Shown here piece by piece: positions 9,965-20,771 of a DNA stretch of 34,766 nt. Where the stretch lies: assembly GCA_031763465.1 (NCBI GenBank), contig JARFOE010000004.1:173569-208334 (forward strand), given 5' to 3'. The stretch's first letter is position 1. Each line of letters opens with the position of its first letter. The translations under genes were made by a program, and so were the position numbers. Source of the stretch: Squatina squatina. Its lineage: Eukaryota. The notes beneath the pieces are model-generated. The model worked only from the letters and a program-made list of their open reading frames with translations, ran no database searches and was not told the DNA's origin.

Positions 9965-10290
9965 AATTGGTAAAAGCGCTAACTGCTATACACTGAGACA
10001 CAGGCTGGAAGGTCCCAGGCTCCATTCCTCGTTTGTGCTGAATGAACTGATCTCAGTAAGGACAGCCTCAGAGTCCTTGGGAGGGAAATGATTTGACAGT
10101 GTTGCATTCCTGATTACTGCCCAGTGACTTGTGCTGGAAAATGTGTACATTGCATGACAGCTGAGAATAGGATTCGACTTGACCTTGTTGCCCCTCACAA
10201 GCAGTAACCTCCCAATTGTGTGATCCTGGGGACTACGAGCACCTCTGGAACTATATATCCGCACTTTCGGGAAAGGAGGGGTGTGTGCAA
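9965..10290 (+). mobile_element. LF-SINE-like ancient SINE
   Basis: ggaaggtcccaggctccattcctcgtttgtgctgaatgaactgatctcag resembles the recalled LF-SINE 5' region GGAAGGTCCCAGGTTCGATCCC..GTCTGTGCTGAGTTAGCTGATCTCAG. Confidence 0.45.
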
Positions 10291-11261
10291 GAATTTAAAG
10301 AAATGGTCATTCTTGGCGCTAATACCAAAAGGAGCAAAGTATTAAAGTTAGAGTGTGAGCTAAATATATAACTGACAGCAGATTCTACAGTGCAAAGAAT
10401 AATTGCAAGTGAAGCAGGAAGAGGAGTTTTGGTATCTTCCCACCCCTGAATTATACACACTGTCACTGAATTATACACACTGACACTGAATTATACNNNN
10501 NNNNNNCAAAGATGGTCTTTTTCACAGATAATTGTATGTCTGTGACAGTGTCGTCAGTGACGTCAAACAGCAAAATCTTGATCAGCATTATACTGAGATA
10601 CTTTTATTACATGAGTATCATTTTAACAAAAAAACAGATGTCCTGACATCCCTCGCTGCAGGTTCCATATATTTCTACACAGTGGGATAATGTTTGGGGT
10701 TAGTCACCAGTTTCATTTTCAATGCTGTTCAATGCTAAGCAGGTTGGTCATGTCTACACATAAATATGAGCAAATCCATTGGGGAAATAAACGGTTTTAA
10801 AGTTTGATCTTAGTGNNNNNNNNNNNNNNNNNNNNNNNNNNNNNNNNNNNNNNNNNNNNNNNNNNNNNNNNNNNNNNNNNNNNNNNNNNNNNNNNNNNNN
10901 NNNNNNNNNNNNNNNCCTCCATCCTGGCAGTCAGTTGGAATACAGACATTTTCATGGGCACAATTGATGGCTAACTGTTAGGATTTACATGGACAGATCC
11001 CACCCTAGCTACTTCGCTTCAAAACTAATTGTTTGGAAAGCTAATTGAGATGCACAAATTCCATTTCTTTTGATTTTGCGAAACACATCTTGAAAGAAAA
11101 GTGAAATTTTGTTATTTTCTGACACCCTATCCTGTGTTTTGATGTTTGTGCTTTTCTAGTCTACTTCCTATATTTGATTAAGTAAATAGACAAGACACAG
11201 GACTCACGAATGAGAAAATAGACATGATGTAAATTGTGGGTTGATTCTGTTTTATTTGCAG

Positions 11262-11451
11262 CTTCCCTTTGTACTCCAGGAGATGGTAAACAAGCATCTG
11301 GAATCCAGTGAAGAGTTGCAGTCAGGACAGGAGCCAACCTCAGCTCTTGGTTCCTCTGATGTCGTACCAACCTCTGTCATCGCCAGAGTTTTAGAAAAAC
11401 CAGAGCCGTTGATCCTGAACTCTGCCAAATCCAGCAGTGGCAATCAGCCAA
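11262..11451 (+). CDS. TJAP1: TJAP1 terminal coding exon (5' part; rest in gap)
   Basis: tttatttgcAG|CTTCCC. LPFVLQEMVNKHL...VVPTSVIARVLEKPEPLILNSA matches human LPCELQDMVRKHL...VVPTSVIARVLEKPESLLLNSA. Confidence 0.92.
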
Positions 11452-12005
11452 NNNNNNNNNNNNNNNNNNNNNNNNNNNNNNNNNNNNNNNNNNNNNNNNN
11501 NNNNNNNNNNNNNNNNNNNNNNNNNNNNNNNNNNNNNNNNNNNNNNNNNNNTGGAAGGCCTACTTCTTTAACGTTGACCAAGAATGGTCTTTTATAAATG
11601 GTTTTGAAGTGTAATGATCCATTAGCTTCAAAGCAGTGATGATGTATTGAATTGTAAATGTCATTGAGGGGCCAATGGTCTGTTTGCACAACCACCTTCC
11701 TGGTTGAAGGAGGTTTTGTGGTGGTGAGCGCCCAGCAGGACTTTGTGTTCAGTTACACTGCAGCTTTCATCAAATCTTGTGATTACTGATTGTCTATATA
11801 TCTACCATTCTCAGTTGCATGGAAAATGAAAATGAACCTTAACATTTTTAGTGCTTCCGATCCACTTCTCCGTCATCTTTTAAGGACAATCTGAGTTGCA
11901 GAATTTTGTAGTGAATCATCTCTGTTTCTCTGTACAAGACTGTTAAACCTTTACTAATTTTATTTTCTCAATTTGTAAAACTGAACTGATGTATATTTTA
12001 AACAA

Positions 12006-12011
12006 AATAAA
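12006..12011 (+). terminator. Probable TJAP1 polyadenylation signal
   Basis: AATAAA at the end of an AT-rich, repeat-free UTR-like stretch (11552-12060), followed by a T/GT-rich element (tctttggttttattt). Confidence 0.5.
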
Positions 12012-12407
12012 GTATTTTAAAGTTAACTCTTCACTGCATCTGACTCTTTGGTTTTATTTACAGTAGAGTTTGTTCAGAAATTTGACCTTGAGATGTGTAC
12101 AATCTGAAGGAGTTGAATATGGCAGTGGAAACCTGCTACTGCTGAATGTCTCAAATGTGCAACTCTTCCTCGGCAGGTCGAGAATGACTTGCTTCCACTC
12201 CGGAGGTGTGGGTTCTGATACTCCTATACGGGAGCCGCAACCTCTACCACATGTGGGTCAGGTGGTATTTGATGGGACGAGTGGATGGGAAACTCAGGTT
12301 TCCTTCCNNNNNNNNNNNNNNNNNNNNNNNNNNNNNNNNNNNNNNNNNNNNNNNNNNNNNNNNNNNNNNNNNNNNNNNNNNNNNNNNNNNNNNNNNNNNN
12401 NNNNNNN

Positions 12408-13833
12408 TGAAGGATCAGAGATAGAGGGAGAAACAGACTGAAGGATCAGAGATAGAGGGAGAAACAGACTGAAGGATCAGAGATCGAGGGAGAAACAGAC
12501 TGAAGGATCAGAGATAGAGGGAGAAATAGACTGAAGAATCAGAGACAGCAAGAAACATGACTGGAGGATCAGAGGTAGAGGGAGAAATAGACTGAAGGAT
12601 CAGGGATAGCGAGAGAAACAGACTGAAGGATCAGAGACACAGTGAGAAACAGACTGAACGATGAGAAATAGAGGGAGAAACAGACTGAAGGATCAGAGAT
12701 CGAGGGAGAAACAGACTGAAGTATCAGAGATAGAGGGAGAAACAGACTGACCGATGAGAAATAGAGGGAGAAACAGCCTGAAGGATCAGAGATGGAGAGA
12801 AACAGACCGAAGGATCAGAAACAGAGGGAGAAACGGACTGAAGGATGAGAGACAGAAGGAGAAAGAGACTGAAGGATCAGAGATAGAGGGAGAAACAGAC
12901 TGAACGATAAGAAATAGAGGGAGAAACAGACTGAAGGATCAGAGATAAAGGGAGAAACAGACTGAAGGATCAGAGATAGAGGGAGAAACAGACTGAACGA
13001 TGAGAAATAGAGGGAGAAACAGACTGAAGGATGAGAGATAGAGAGAGAAACAGACTGAAGGATCAGAGACAGAGGGAGACACAGACTGAACAATGAGAAA
13101 TAGAGGGAGGAACAGACTGAAGGATTAGAGGTAGAGGGAGAAACAGACTGAAGGATCAGAGACAGAGGGAGAAACAGACTGAAGGAACAGGGATCGAGGG
13201 AGAACAGACTGAACGATGAGAAATAGAGGGAGAAACAGACTGAAGGATCAGTGATAGAGGGAGAAACCAACTGAAGGATGTGAGACACAGGGAGAAACAG
13301 ACTGAACAATGAGAAATAGAGGGAGAAACAGACTGAACGATGAGAAATAGAGGGAGAAATGGACTGAAGGATGAGAGATCGAGGGAGAAACAGAATGAAG
13401 GATCAGAGATAGAGGGAGAAACAGACTGAAGGATCAGAGATAGCAAGAAACAGACTGAAGGATCAGAGATGGAGGGAGAAACAGGCTGAAGGATCAGGGA
13501 TAGAGGGAGAAACAGACTGAACGATGAGAAATAGAGGGAGAAACAGACGGAAGGATGAGAGATAGAGGGAGAAACAGACTGAAGGATGAGAGATAGAGAG
13601 AGAAACATACTGAAGGATGTGAGACCCAGGGAGAAACAGACTGAACGATGAGAAATAGAGGGAGAAATGGACTGATGGATGAGAGATAGAGGGAGAAACA
13701 GAGTGAAGGATCAGAGATCGAGGGAGAAACAGACTGAAAGATCAGGGATAGCAAGAAACAGACTGAAGGATCACGGATGGAGACAGAAGCAGAGTGAAGG
13801 ATCAGAGATGGAGGGAGAAACAGACTGAAGGAT
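12408..13833. repeat. 31-bp purine-rich minisatellite, ~46 visible copies
   Basis: Unit TGAAGGATCAGAGATAGAGGGAGAAACAGAC with recurrent variant TGAACGATGAGAAATAGAGGGAGAAACAGAC; gaps at both ends. Confidence 0.97.
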
Positions 13834-14207
13834 NNNNNNNNNNNNNNNNNNNNNNNNNNNNNNNNNNNNNNNNNNNNNNNNNNNNNNNNNNNNNNNNNNN
13901 NNNNNNNNNNNNNNNNNNNNNNNNNNNNNNNNNCTCCCCTAAGCTCCGCCTCCTAAAAGCCATTGCAAAATGTTCACAGAAAGGCCAGGACGGCGCCCAG
14001 CCTAGTATGGCTGGAATCCCACCGAAGTAACAGAGGGAGTAAGATGGAACAGCTACAGATGTTCAGAGCTCCTGTCTAAAAGGATTGGTCCCAGACATAA
14101 ACAATTGACGAACCTAAATCAGCAGGGAAACTGAATTAGTTTCAAATGGTGTTTCTCATAGAGTTGACTCAAAGCGTCTATCGTCACCAGTGATCAAATA
14201 TTCTCAC

Positions 14208-14330
14208 CTAAAGGATTATAATCCAAGTTAAGGACACGGAGTTGAGAACTGTGTGCAACTGCAATCGCCAGACGTGCCCATCCCTTCACTGTGATAGCAG
14301 GGTTAGCGCTCAGCGTTAGCTCTTTCAGAC
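14208..14330 (-). CDS. LRRC73: LRRC73 internal exon (123 nt)
   Basis: tttccctcAG|GTCTGAAAG...CCTTTAG|GTGAGA; encodes GLKELTLSANPAITVKGWARLAIAVAHSSQLRVLNLDYNPL (RNI-like LRR). Confidence 0.9.
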
Positions 14331-14494
14331 CTGAGGGAAACAGAATCAGTGTCAGAAGATGGGATGGCACCTCGCAAGTCACTGTAGGAGAAGAGCAAAC
14401 ACAAAGTGGACCCTATTACACAGACAACATGCAAAAACAAAGGTCCATCAAGCGTATCTTCTACTATCATGGTGTGACTTCTACATATCACCAA

Positions 14495-14592
14495 CCCCAG
14501 CCGCCCCATCCCCAGCCGCCCCATCCCCAGCTGCCCCATCCCCAGCCGCCCCATTCCCAGCCGCCCCATCCCCAGCCGCCCCAACCCCAGCC
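14495..14592. repeat. 15-bp tandem repeat (CCCCAGCCGCCCCAT, ~6.5 copies)
   Basis: Read directly; G-rich on the minus (LRRC73 sense) strand. Confidence 0.95.
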
Positions 14593-15017
14593 ATGAGCCA
14601 AGCAATCTCCTGGGAGAGGCAAAAAAACTGAGAAAGTCCTGGAAGTGGCAATGGGCCATGGGGAAGCTGGCAGTAGGTTCTCTGTCCAATTTCCTACTCC
14701 CACTATAATGACAGAGGAAATCTACCCTTGCATTTTTAATATCCTGTATTATTTATTGACACTGCAAATATAATTTATTCATGGGTTTTGCGAGTCATTT
14801 TATTTTGCTTACTGCTGGCTGGGCACAGTCTGGCTAAATGGAATAGTTGAATCGCCTGAGCTTAGACACTCACCATCTATGGCTCATAGTTAAGTAAATA
14901 GACCAATTGTGAATGCCNNNNNNNNNNNNNNNNNNNNNNNNNNNNNNNNNNNNNNNNNNNNNNNNNNNNNNNNNNNNNNNNNNNNNNNNNNNNNNNNNNN
15001 NNNNNNNNNNNNNNNNN

Positions 15018-15221
15018 GTGGGCCAATCAGCTCACTGCAAATGAACAACTCGACCGTGGGCCAATCAGCTCACTGCAAATTGACAAGCAGCCGGTGGGCC
15101 AATCAGCTCAAAGGAAATGGACAAGTAGACCACGGGCCAATCAGCTTTCAGCAAAAAGACAAATAGACTGTGCGCCAATCAGCTCGCAGCAAAAAGACAT
15201 GTAGCCCGTGGGCCAATCAGT
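15018..15221. repeat. 38-bp tandem array of CCAAT-box units (6 visible)
   Basis: Units start at 15018, 15056, 15094, 15132, 15170 and 15208; each carries GCCAATCAG. Confidence 0.92.
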
Positions 15222-15340
15222 CAGTGGACACTTTCACTCAATTGATAAGTCCCCTCCCCTCCCCACCCCGAGTTCTGGCTGCACTCCCACCCAAACAGAG
15301 TTAGAGTGTGCAGCCCCAATCAGTAACAGTTCGTACTTAC

Positions 15341-15612
15341 AACAAGGAGTGGATGGACCTGTTGGATGCCAGTGCTTCTGCCAGCTGTTTGACTCGGTTG
15401 AGGTTATTGACGACTCCCAGGTTGAGGTTGAGCTGTGCCAGGGACTGACACTCCGCCACATGCCGGCTGATGCGGTTGAAATCACGGTCTGAGATGTGGC
15501 AGCCCCTCAGAGACAGCAGCCGCACCGAGTTGCCCCTCAGGGAGTCACAGATGTCTTTCACCTCCGCCGAGGAGAGCGTCTCTCCGGAGATCTGAATGGA
15601 GCCGGACAGCAT
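15341..15612 (-). CDS. LRRC73: LRRC73 first coding exon (272 nt)
   Basis: ATG at 15612, donor GTAAGT after 15341. MLSGSIQISGETLSSAEVKDICDSLRGNSVRLLSLRGC matches recalled human MLPSSIQISGEPLSGAEVRDICRGLRDNAVRLLSLRGC. CpG-rich. Confidence 0.93.
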
Positions 15613-15667
15613 CGCCCTTTGCGCAGAGCCGGTGCAGCGTCCGTGTCCCCGCCGCAATCAGCTGCCC

Positions 15668-15681
15668 GTTACTATGGACAC
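15668..15681. promoter_or_regulatory. RFX X-box upstream of LRRC73
   Basis: GTTACTATGGACAC (reverse complement GTGTCCATAGTAAC) is close to the RFX palindrome GTTGCCATGGCAAC and lies ~56 bp 5' of the ATG. Confidence 0.6.
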
Positions 15682-16404
15682 AGCGTCTCCAGATGGCAAA
15701 TTCATCCCCTGCCTCCCCTCCAAACAAAACACACTCGCACCACTCTTATATTTTGTTTGCAATCGATGTCAAATGCAATGCAGTGAATGGGATCTTCTAT
15801 ATTGAGTTTCAAACCTTTCTTTAGCCGATTTCAAGTCTGTTGGATCTGGTTTGCAGCAGCGTTTGGATCCAGTGTAAACGGCAGAGCAATCGTCACAGTG
15901 ACGGTAATCCTGCGCAGAAAGATCGATAACCTCAGCTAGTGCAGAAAGAAGTGAGAGCGCCAAGAGGATCGCCGGAGCACTTGTCACTTATTTATTATGG
16001 TTATCGCCCCTCTTCACCATTTTGCAAACTGTTTTGCGATGATAGACAAGATCAACAAGCTGATAATTATCAAAGTCTCCGTGAAGTTCCCATTTTACCT
16101 CTTGAGTACCTAGTGAGAGGNNNNNNNNNNNNNNNNNNNNNNNNNNNNNNNNNNNNNNNNNNNNNNNNNNNNNNNNNNNNNNNNNNNNNNNNNNNNNNNN
16201 NNNNNNNNNNNNNNNNNNNNGTATGTTAAAGAAAGTTTTCAGAATGTTTGTTTGTGATGCCCTAAATATTTTTATTTTTAGCTATGTATTCTGACCTGAA
16301 TGAATGACAATATTATTGCTTGTGAATGGAACTATTTTTGCAGTTGTGAAAAGTGTGATCGTATTTTGTCTGCTATAATCTTTAAGTGCTTCTTTTTGTT
16401 TCAG

Positions 16405-16540
16405 AAAAATTCTGACATTCTAAAAAGCCCACAGGGCATATCAATTGTGCGAAAATATAACAAAATTGCTTTTGCACTGGTAAAGTTTGAAGTATTGTAT
16501 CATAAGGCCTGGACAAAAGAAATTTCAGCCATGCGATGCA
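16405..16540 (+). CDS. DNAH8: DNAH8-like axonemal dynein heavy chain exon, N-terminal tail (series A)
   Basis: gtttcAG|AAAAAT...TGCA|GTAAGT; KNSDILKSPQGISIVRKYNKIAFALVKFEVLYHKAW resembles DNAH8 KNSDILSSPDGKAVIRQYNKISYVLVEFEVVYHTAW. Confidence 0.85.
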
Positions 16541-16746
16541 GTAAGTACATGTTTGATTTTAACAAAACTGCACGACTATATTCTGGTCAATTTTTCAAAT
16601 GAGCACTTTTGGTGCGAGAACATTACGTGACAGAGTACATACTGGGAATTCGGCAGTCGAGCTTAGTACACCCCACATGATTTTCCATGCATTAAAATTT
16701 TAAAATCTATCCAGTGCAGTACTGAGGAAGTGCTGCACTGTCGGAG

Positions 16747-17245
16747 TTGGGGCGCGGCCAATTGGCACTCCTCCGCTAGCGTTAATTGGGCGCAGAACGG
16801 GCGTTAAGGGTGGAACGCCCGTTTCTGGTGCTAAATTGAAAATCGCAAAATTGACATCAGTTTAGTGCTGGCGCTAAACAGGCGCTAACGCGGGAGCGCT
16901 AGAAACGTGGCGTTAAACGGCCTCCATGACATCATCAGAGGGCGCACCACCCAAAATGGCCGCCCGACAAAGAATTGGACACAATTCTTTGGGCGCTAAA
17001 TGCGCGGTGACAGCGCATGGTTTTTTGGGGCAGTAATACCTGTGCTTATTAGGGCACAAAATCATTATGCATCATTCCCCACCATTTTTACTGCATAAAT
17101 CCCCATCTGGAGACCATAAAAAGCATTAAAGTTGTGCGCAACTTGGAACGGCCATTTTTATGATTTTCAGTGATCTTGAATGACCTCTTGAAAAGAGCAA
17201 AAATCGGGCCATTCGGCCATGGAAGCCATCACTAATAGTGAAGTG
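16747..17245. mobile_element. GC/CpG-rich non-autonomous element adjoining a SINE fragment
   Basis: Abrupt shift after the SINE motif gtgctgcactgtcggag; repeated GGCGCTAA/GGCGTTAA motifs. Family unassigned. Confidence 0.45.
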
Positions 17246-17249
17246 GGGA

Positions 17250-17600
17250 TAGAAACATAGAGACATAGAAAATAGGTGCAGGACAAGGCCATTCAGCCCT
17301 TCGAGCCTGCACCGCCATTCAACACGATCATGGCTGATCTTTCAACTCAGTACCCCATACCNNNNNNNNNNNNNNNNNNNNNNNNNNNNNNNNNNNNNNN
17401 NNNNNNNNNNNNNNNNNNNNNNNNNNNNNNNNNNNNNNNNNNNNNNNNNNNNNNNNNNNNNCATGATTCCGCGGTCGATGACATCTTCCATCACTTTGCT
17501 GATGATTGAGAGTAGTCTGATGGGACAGTAATTGGCCAGATTAGATTTCTCCTGCTTTCTGTGGACAGGACACACCTGGGTAATTTTCCACTTTGTCGGG
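17250..17600 (-). mobile_element. CR1 tail (17250-17361) and non-LTR RT fragment (17462-17600)
   Basis: Tail agaaacatagagacatagaaaataggtgcagg; peptide PVHRKQEKSNLANYCPIRLLSIISKVME fits the RT NYRPISL motif. Confidence 0.8.
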
Positions 17601-19277
17601 TAAATACAGAAGTTAACAAAAATAACAACAATCAGTTTATGCTTTACTGCATGAAAGGTAAAATGAATAATAGATTATGAATAGGGCTATGACTTTATGT
17701 TTAGAAAAGTAATTATCAAAATCTAAAGTCCTTAAAGGGGAAAGAAAATCCAGGACAAGACCTTTTGTTCAAAGCGCTTCCCAAAATTTCCCTGAAAGAG
17801 GTATACGTAATCAAATTTCTTGTCCTGTTGCAGATCTGCCATTTTTGATCTGCTTGCCTTCAAAGCTGCTGTGGTGTCATTAATACGAGGTATTCTGGAG
17901 TGACCCCATTCACTGTAATGTGGGGTCACAACTTTACATTGGCAGGGGAGCCTTGGGAAAATAAGATACTGGCAAAGTAAGATGGGCATCAGGTCACATT
18001 CTTATTTCTTTTTATGTTTATAATATATGTATACATTTTATTTGATTCAGCACATCAGGCAGAAGAGGACAATATGGCTACTCACACAACGTTGAAGAGT
18101 TTGCTCCCTTTTTGAAGGTTGAAGTGCACTTGGCAATTCCAAATGTGGTACGTTAATGTTGCAATATATTTAAACACATGGAAAATTTTAGAGGATGATC
18201 AAGCCTCTTCTAAATTCTTTGAAGTCGGTTATGACATTTGGGCAGCCACCAGCCCATCCATTACGGCAGTGAAGAGGCCAGAGCCATTTTGAGGCCTGGG
18301 CCTCATTTAAGTAAAACCAGCAAGACACCCGCCCCATAGAGACATCCTGATGCAGGTCACCGGATACAGACCGGCACAATAGCAGTTAGCCTGGAGGTTG
18401 CCCAGGCAGCAGCATAATTAGTCTGGGGAAAGAGGGAGGTCACACTTGCATCATCAGCAATCCAGGTTATTTTGTGGGGCTNNNNNNNNNNNNNNNNNNN
18501 NNNNNNNNNNNNNNNNNNNNNNNNNNNNNNNNNNNNNNNNNNNNNNNNNNNNNNNNNNNNNNNNNNNNNNNNNNNNNNNNNTTAGAATAGTTTTTAAAAT
18601 GTTTTTGGATGTGTTTGTGTAGTTTTTCATCTCTCATTCAAGCTTTGACAGATCTGTCGGAACTGTCAAAGCTTGAATGAGGGATACACCTACCTGATTG
18701 GTTGGGGCCCGCCATGTGACCTCTCCAGACACTTCGTTGGACATCCTTGGGAAAGGGAAGAGCTGCGATCCAAAACTCCAATTGTGTGGGGCAGAAAATC
18801 ACAAGTTCTGTGGATCCAGGACTGTCGGGTAAAATCATAGGTATTTTTGCGATTGGAGGCAGCCGCATGCAGGAAGTCTCTGATCGTAAATTCAGGGTCA
18901 TTGTTTCATTACAACCTTTGTGATGCGCCTTGGGACTTGTTTTCTTAAGTGAAAGGCACCGCATAAATGGATGGTGGTGGTGCTGACTATTGTTTGGCAA
19001 TACAACTTCTTTTTACTTATATTCCTTTTTGTAACAAATCCCAACATTTTATTTGCTTTTACAGCTACAGCTATGTAGATTTTTTTAAATATTTGATCAA
19101 CTACTACATCTAGATCTATTTTACAACAATTTTACAAAATCTATGGTCTTCGTTATGTAATCAAGTTTGCTATTTTAAGAGATGTCCAATAATAGCCTGT
19201 AATTTAACATTAGGGCTGAACTGCAGCATAGCTTCCTTGTTTGAACAGTCGTCTGCTGTGTTTGTTTTTTGATTCAG

Positions 19278-19420
19278 GTGAATGGGAGAACTGGAAAATA
19301 TGGGTTCAAGAGTATTTCTATCCGGCTGACAGTGAGCCAGACTATACTTCAATCCTAGTACCAAATGTTGACAATGTTAGGACCAACTTTCTTGTGGATA
19401 TCATAGCTAAACAAAATAAG
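19278..19420 (+). CDS. DNAH8: DNAH8-like exon, AAA2 lid to AAA3 junction (series A)
   Basis: gattcAG|GTGAATGG...AATAAG|GTAAGT; encodes GEWENW...[34 protein letters not shown]. Confidence 0.88.
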
Positions 19421-19472
19421 GTAAGTGTATAATAATTATTATTTATTGTTACATCTGATACATGTAATATTA

Positions 19473-20280
19473 TAGGGCCTAGAAATCCAACAGTGCCTAG
19501 AAACAGGCGCGCAGTGGACGGGACGCGCACGGCAAACCCCTGTTAGTGTTGACTCAGGCAGCACGTTTCATGCTGCCTCTGATTATAATCACGCAGGCGA
19601 CAACCAATGCTATCTGTGGTAATCATTGTCTGCAGCCCGATCAGAGGGTTCAGACATTGGACAGGGGAGGTGCACTCTAACTGCAGAAGGCAGAAATCAA
19701 TGCTGAACAGATAACTGGATGCAGCAACACTGAGACAGCACCAAGGTTCTCTGAGGCTGCCTTGGAGTCTCCATGTAGTGGACAGGGGGAGAAACATCTT
19801 CCTTACCCTAGGGAATGATAAGAAGTTACAGAGCACATGAATACCAGAAACATTACACCCGGGACATGGCTGCAATTATGGAAAAGGTTCAATGATCTCA
19901 CTAGAGTCGTAACAATATGGCTCTCTTACTCTCTGCTCACACCTCCACTACTTACAGCCTTACTCCTCACAATACACCTCTCCCCTTCACTCTCCTAAAT
20001 CACTGCCCCTCACTTCCCCACACCTCACCTCTGACACGCTGTATACCAGCTATTCCACCATGACAGGCACATTCTCTAAACACCTCACAAGATACACTAA
20101 CACACTCCCTCCTTTCTTTTGCAAGAAGGTGGCTTTCAACCTGTGCTGGGGAGTCAACAGCAGAGGAAGAATAGCCCATGTGCACAAGCTCCCTCCATGA
20201 ACATTACGTGCTGGCCATCACGGGCAGGGCGAAAGTCATGACCGTGACTGGCTACACTAAGCAATGCTGCCAAGGTCCAT
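19473..20280 (+). mobile_element. Degenerate Harbinger-related element with Myb/SANT remnant
   Basis: Begins agggcctagaaatcc (an inverted related end atttctaggcc occurs at ~28351). Contains ccaaggttctctgaggctgccttggag (PRFSEAALE) and aaaaggttcaatgatctc (KRFNDL). Confidence 0.5.
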
Positions 20281-20771
20281 TATTCTCCATCTTTAGTTGC
20301 CTAGAGAAACTGGGCCTTCTCTTTCGACCACTGTGATCCTTTAGCTGATGGGTGCTAGGTAGAAATTCCAAGATTTTGACGCAGTGATGATGAAATAAGA
20401 GCGATATATGCCCAGGAAGGATGGCATGTGACTTGGAGGGGAACTTGAAGGTGGATTAGAAGGGTACCCTAATCCTTCTGGCTGGTAGAGGTCACAGGGC
20501 TCAGAGGTATTATCGAAGTAATCTTTGTGAGTTGCTGCAGTGCATTCTGTAGATAGTATATACTGCAGCCTGAGTGCAGTGGTGGCGGTGGTGGGGATGG
20601 ATATTGAATCCGGTGATAGGGGTGAATAGTTTTAATTGTATGTTTTTGGTATATGGGATGTAGTCTGGTATNNNNNNNNNNNNNNNNNNNNNNNNNNNNN
20701 NNNNNNNNNNNNNNNNNNNNNNNNNNNNNNNNNNNNNNNNNNNNNNNNNNNNNNNNNNNNNNNNNNNNNNN

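Noticed and set aside
12815-13754. Long hydrophobic minus-strand ORFs
   Set aside because: They are translations of the 31-bp minisatellite.
14291-14703. PQPPH, GRLGM and GWGGW repeat peptides
   Set aside because: They are translations of the intronic 15-bp repeat.
15018-15221. CRISPR-like appearance (conserved core plus variable spacers)
   Set aside because: The spacers are homologous to each other, the core is only ~14 bp, the context is a vertebrate intron and there are no cas genes; it is a diverged tandem repeat.
15769-15987. Signal-peptide-like, Cys-rich 72-aa ORF upstream of LRRC73
   Set aside because: It begins at GTG directly after a TAA, with no ATG and no good acceptor; it is probably promoter or UTR sequence. 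Ribo-seq or conservation would be needed to revive it.
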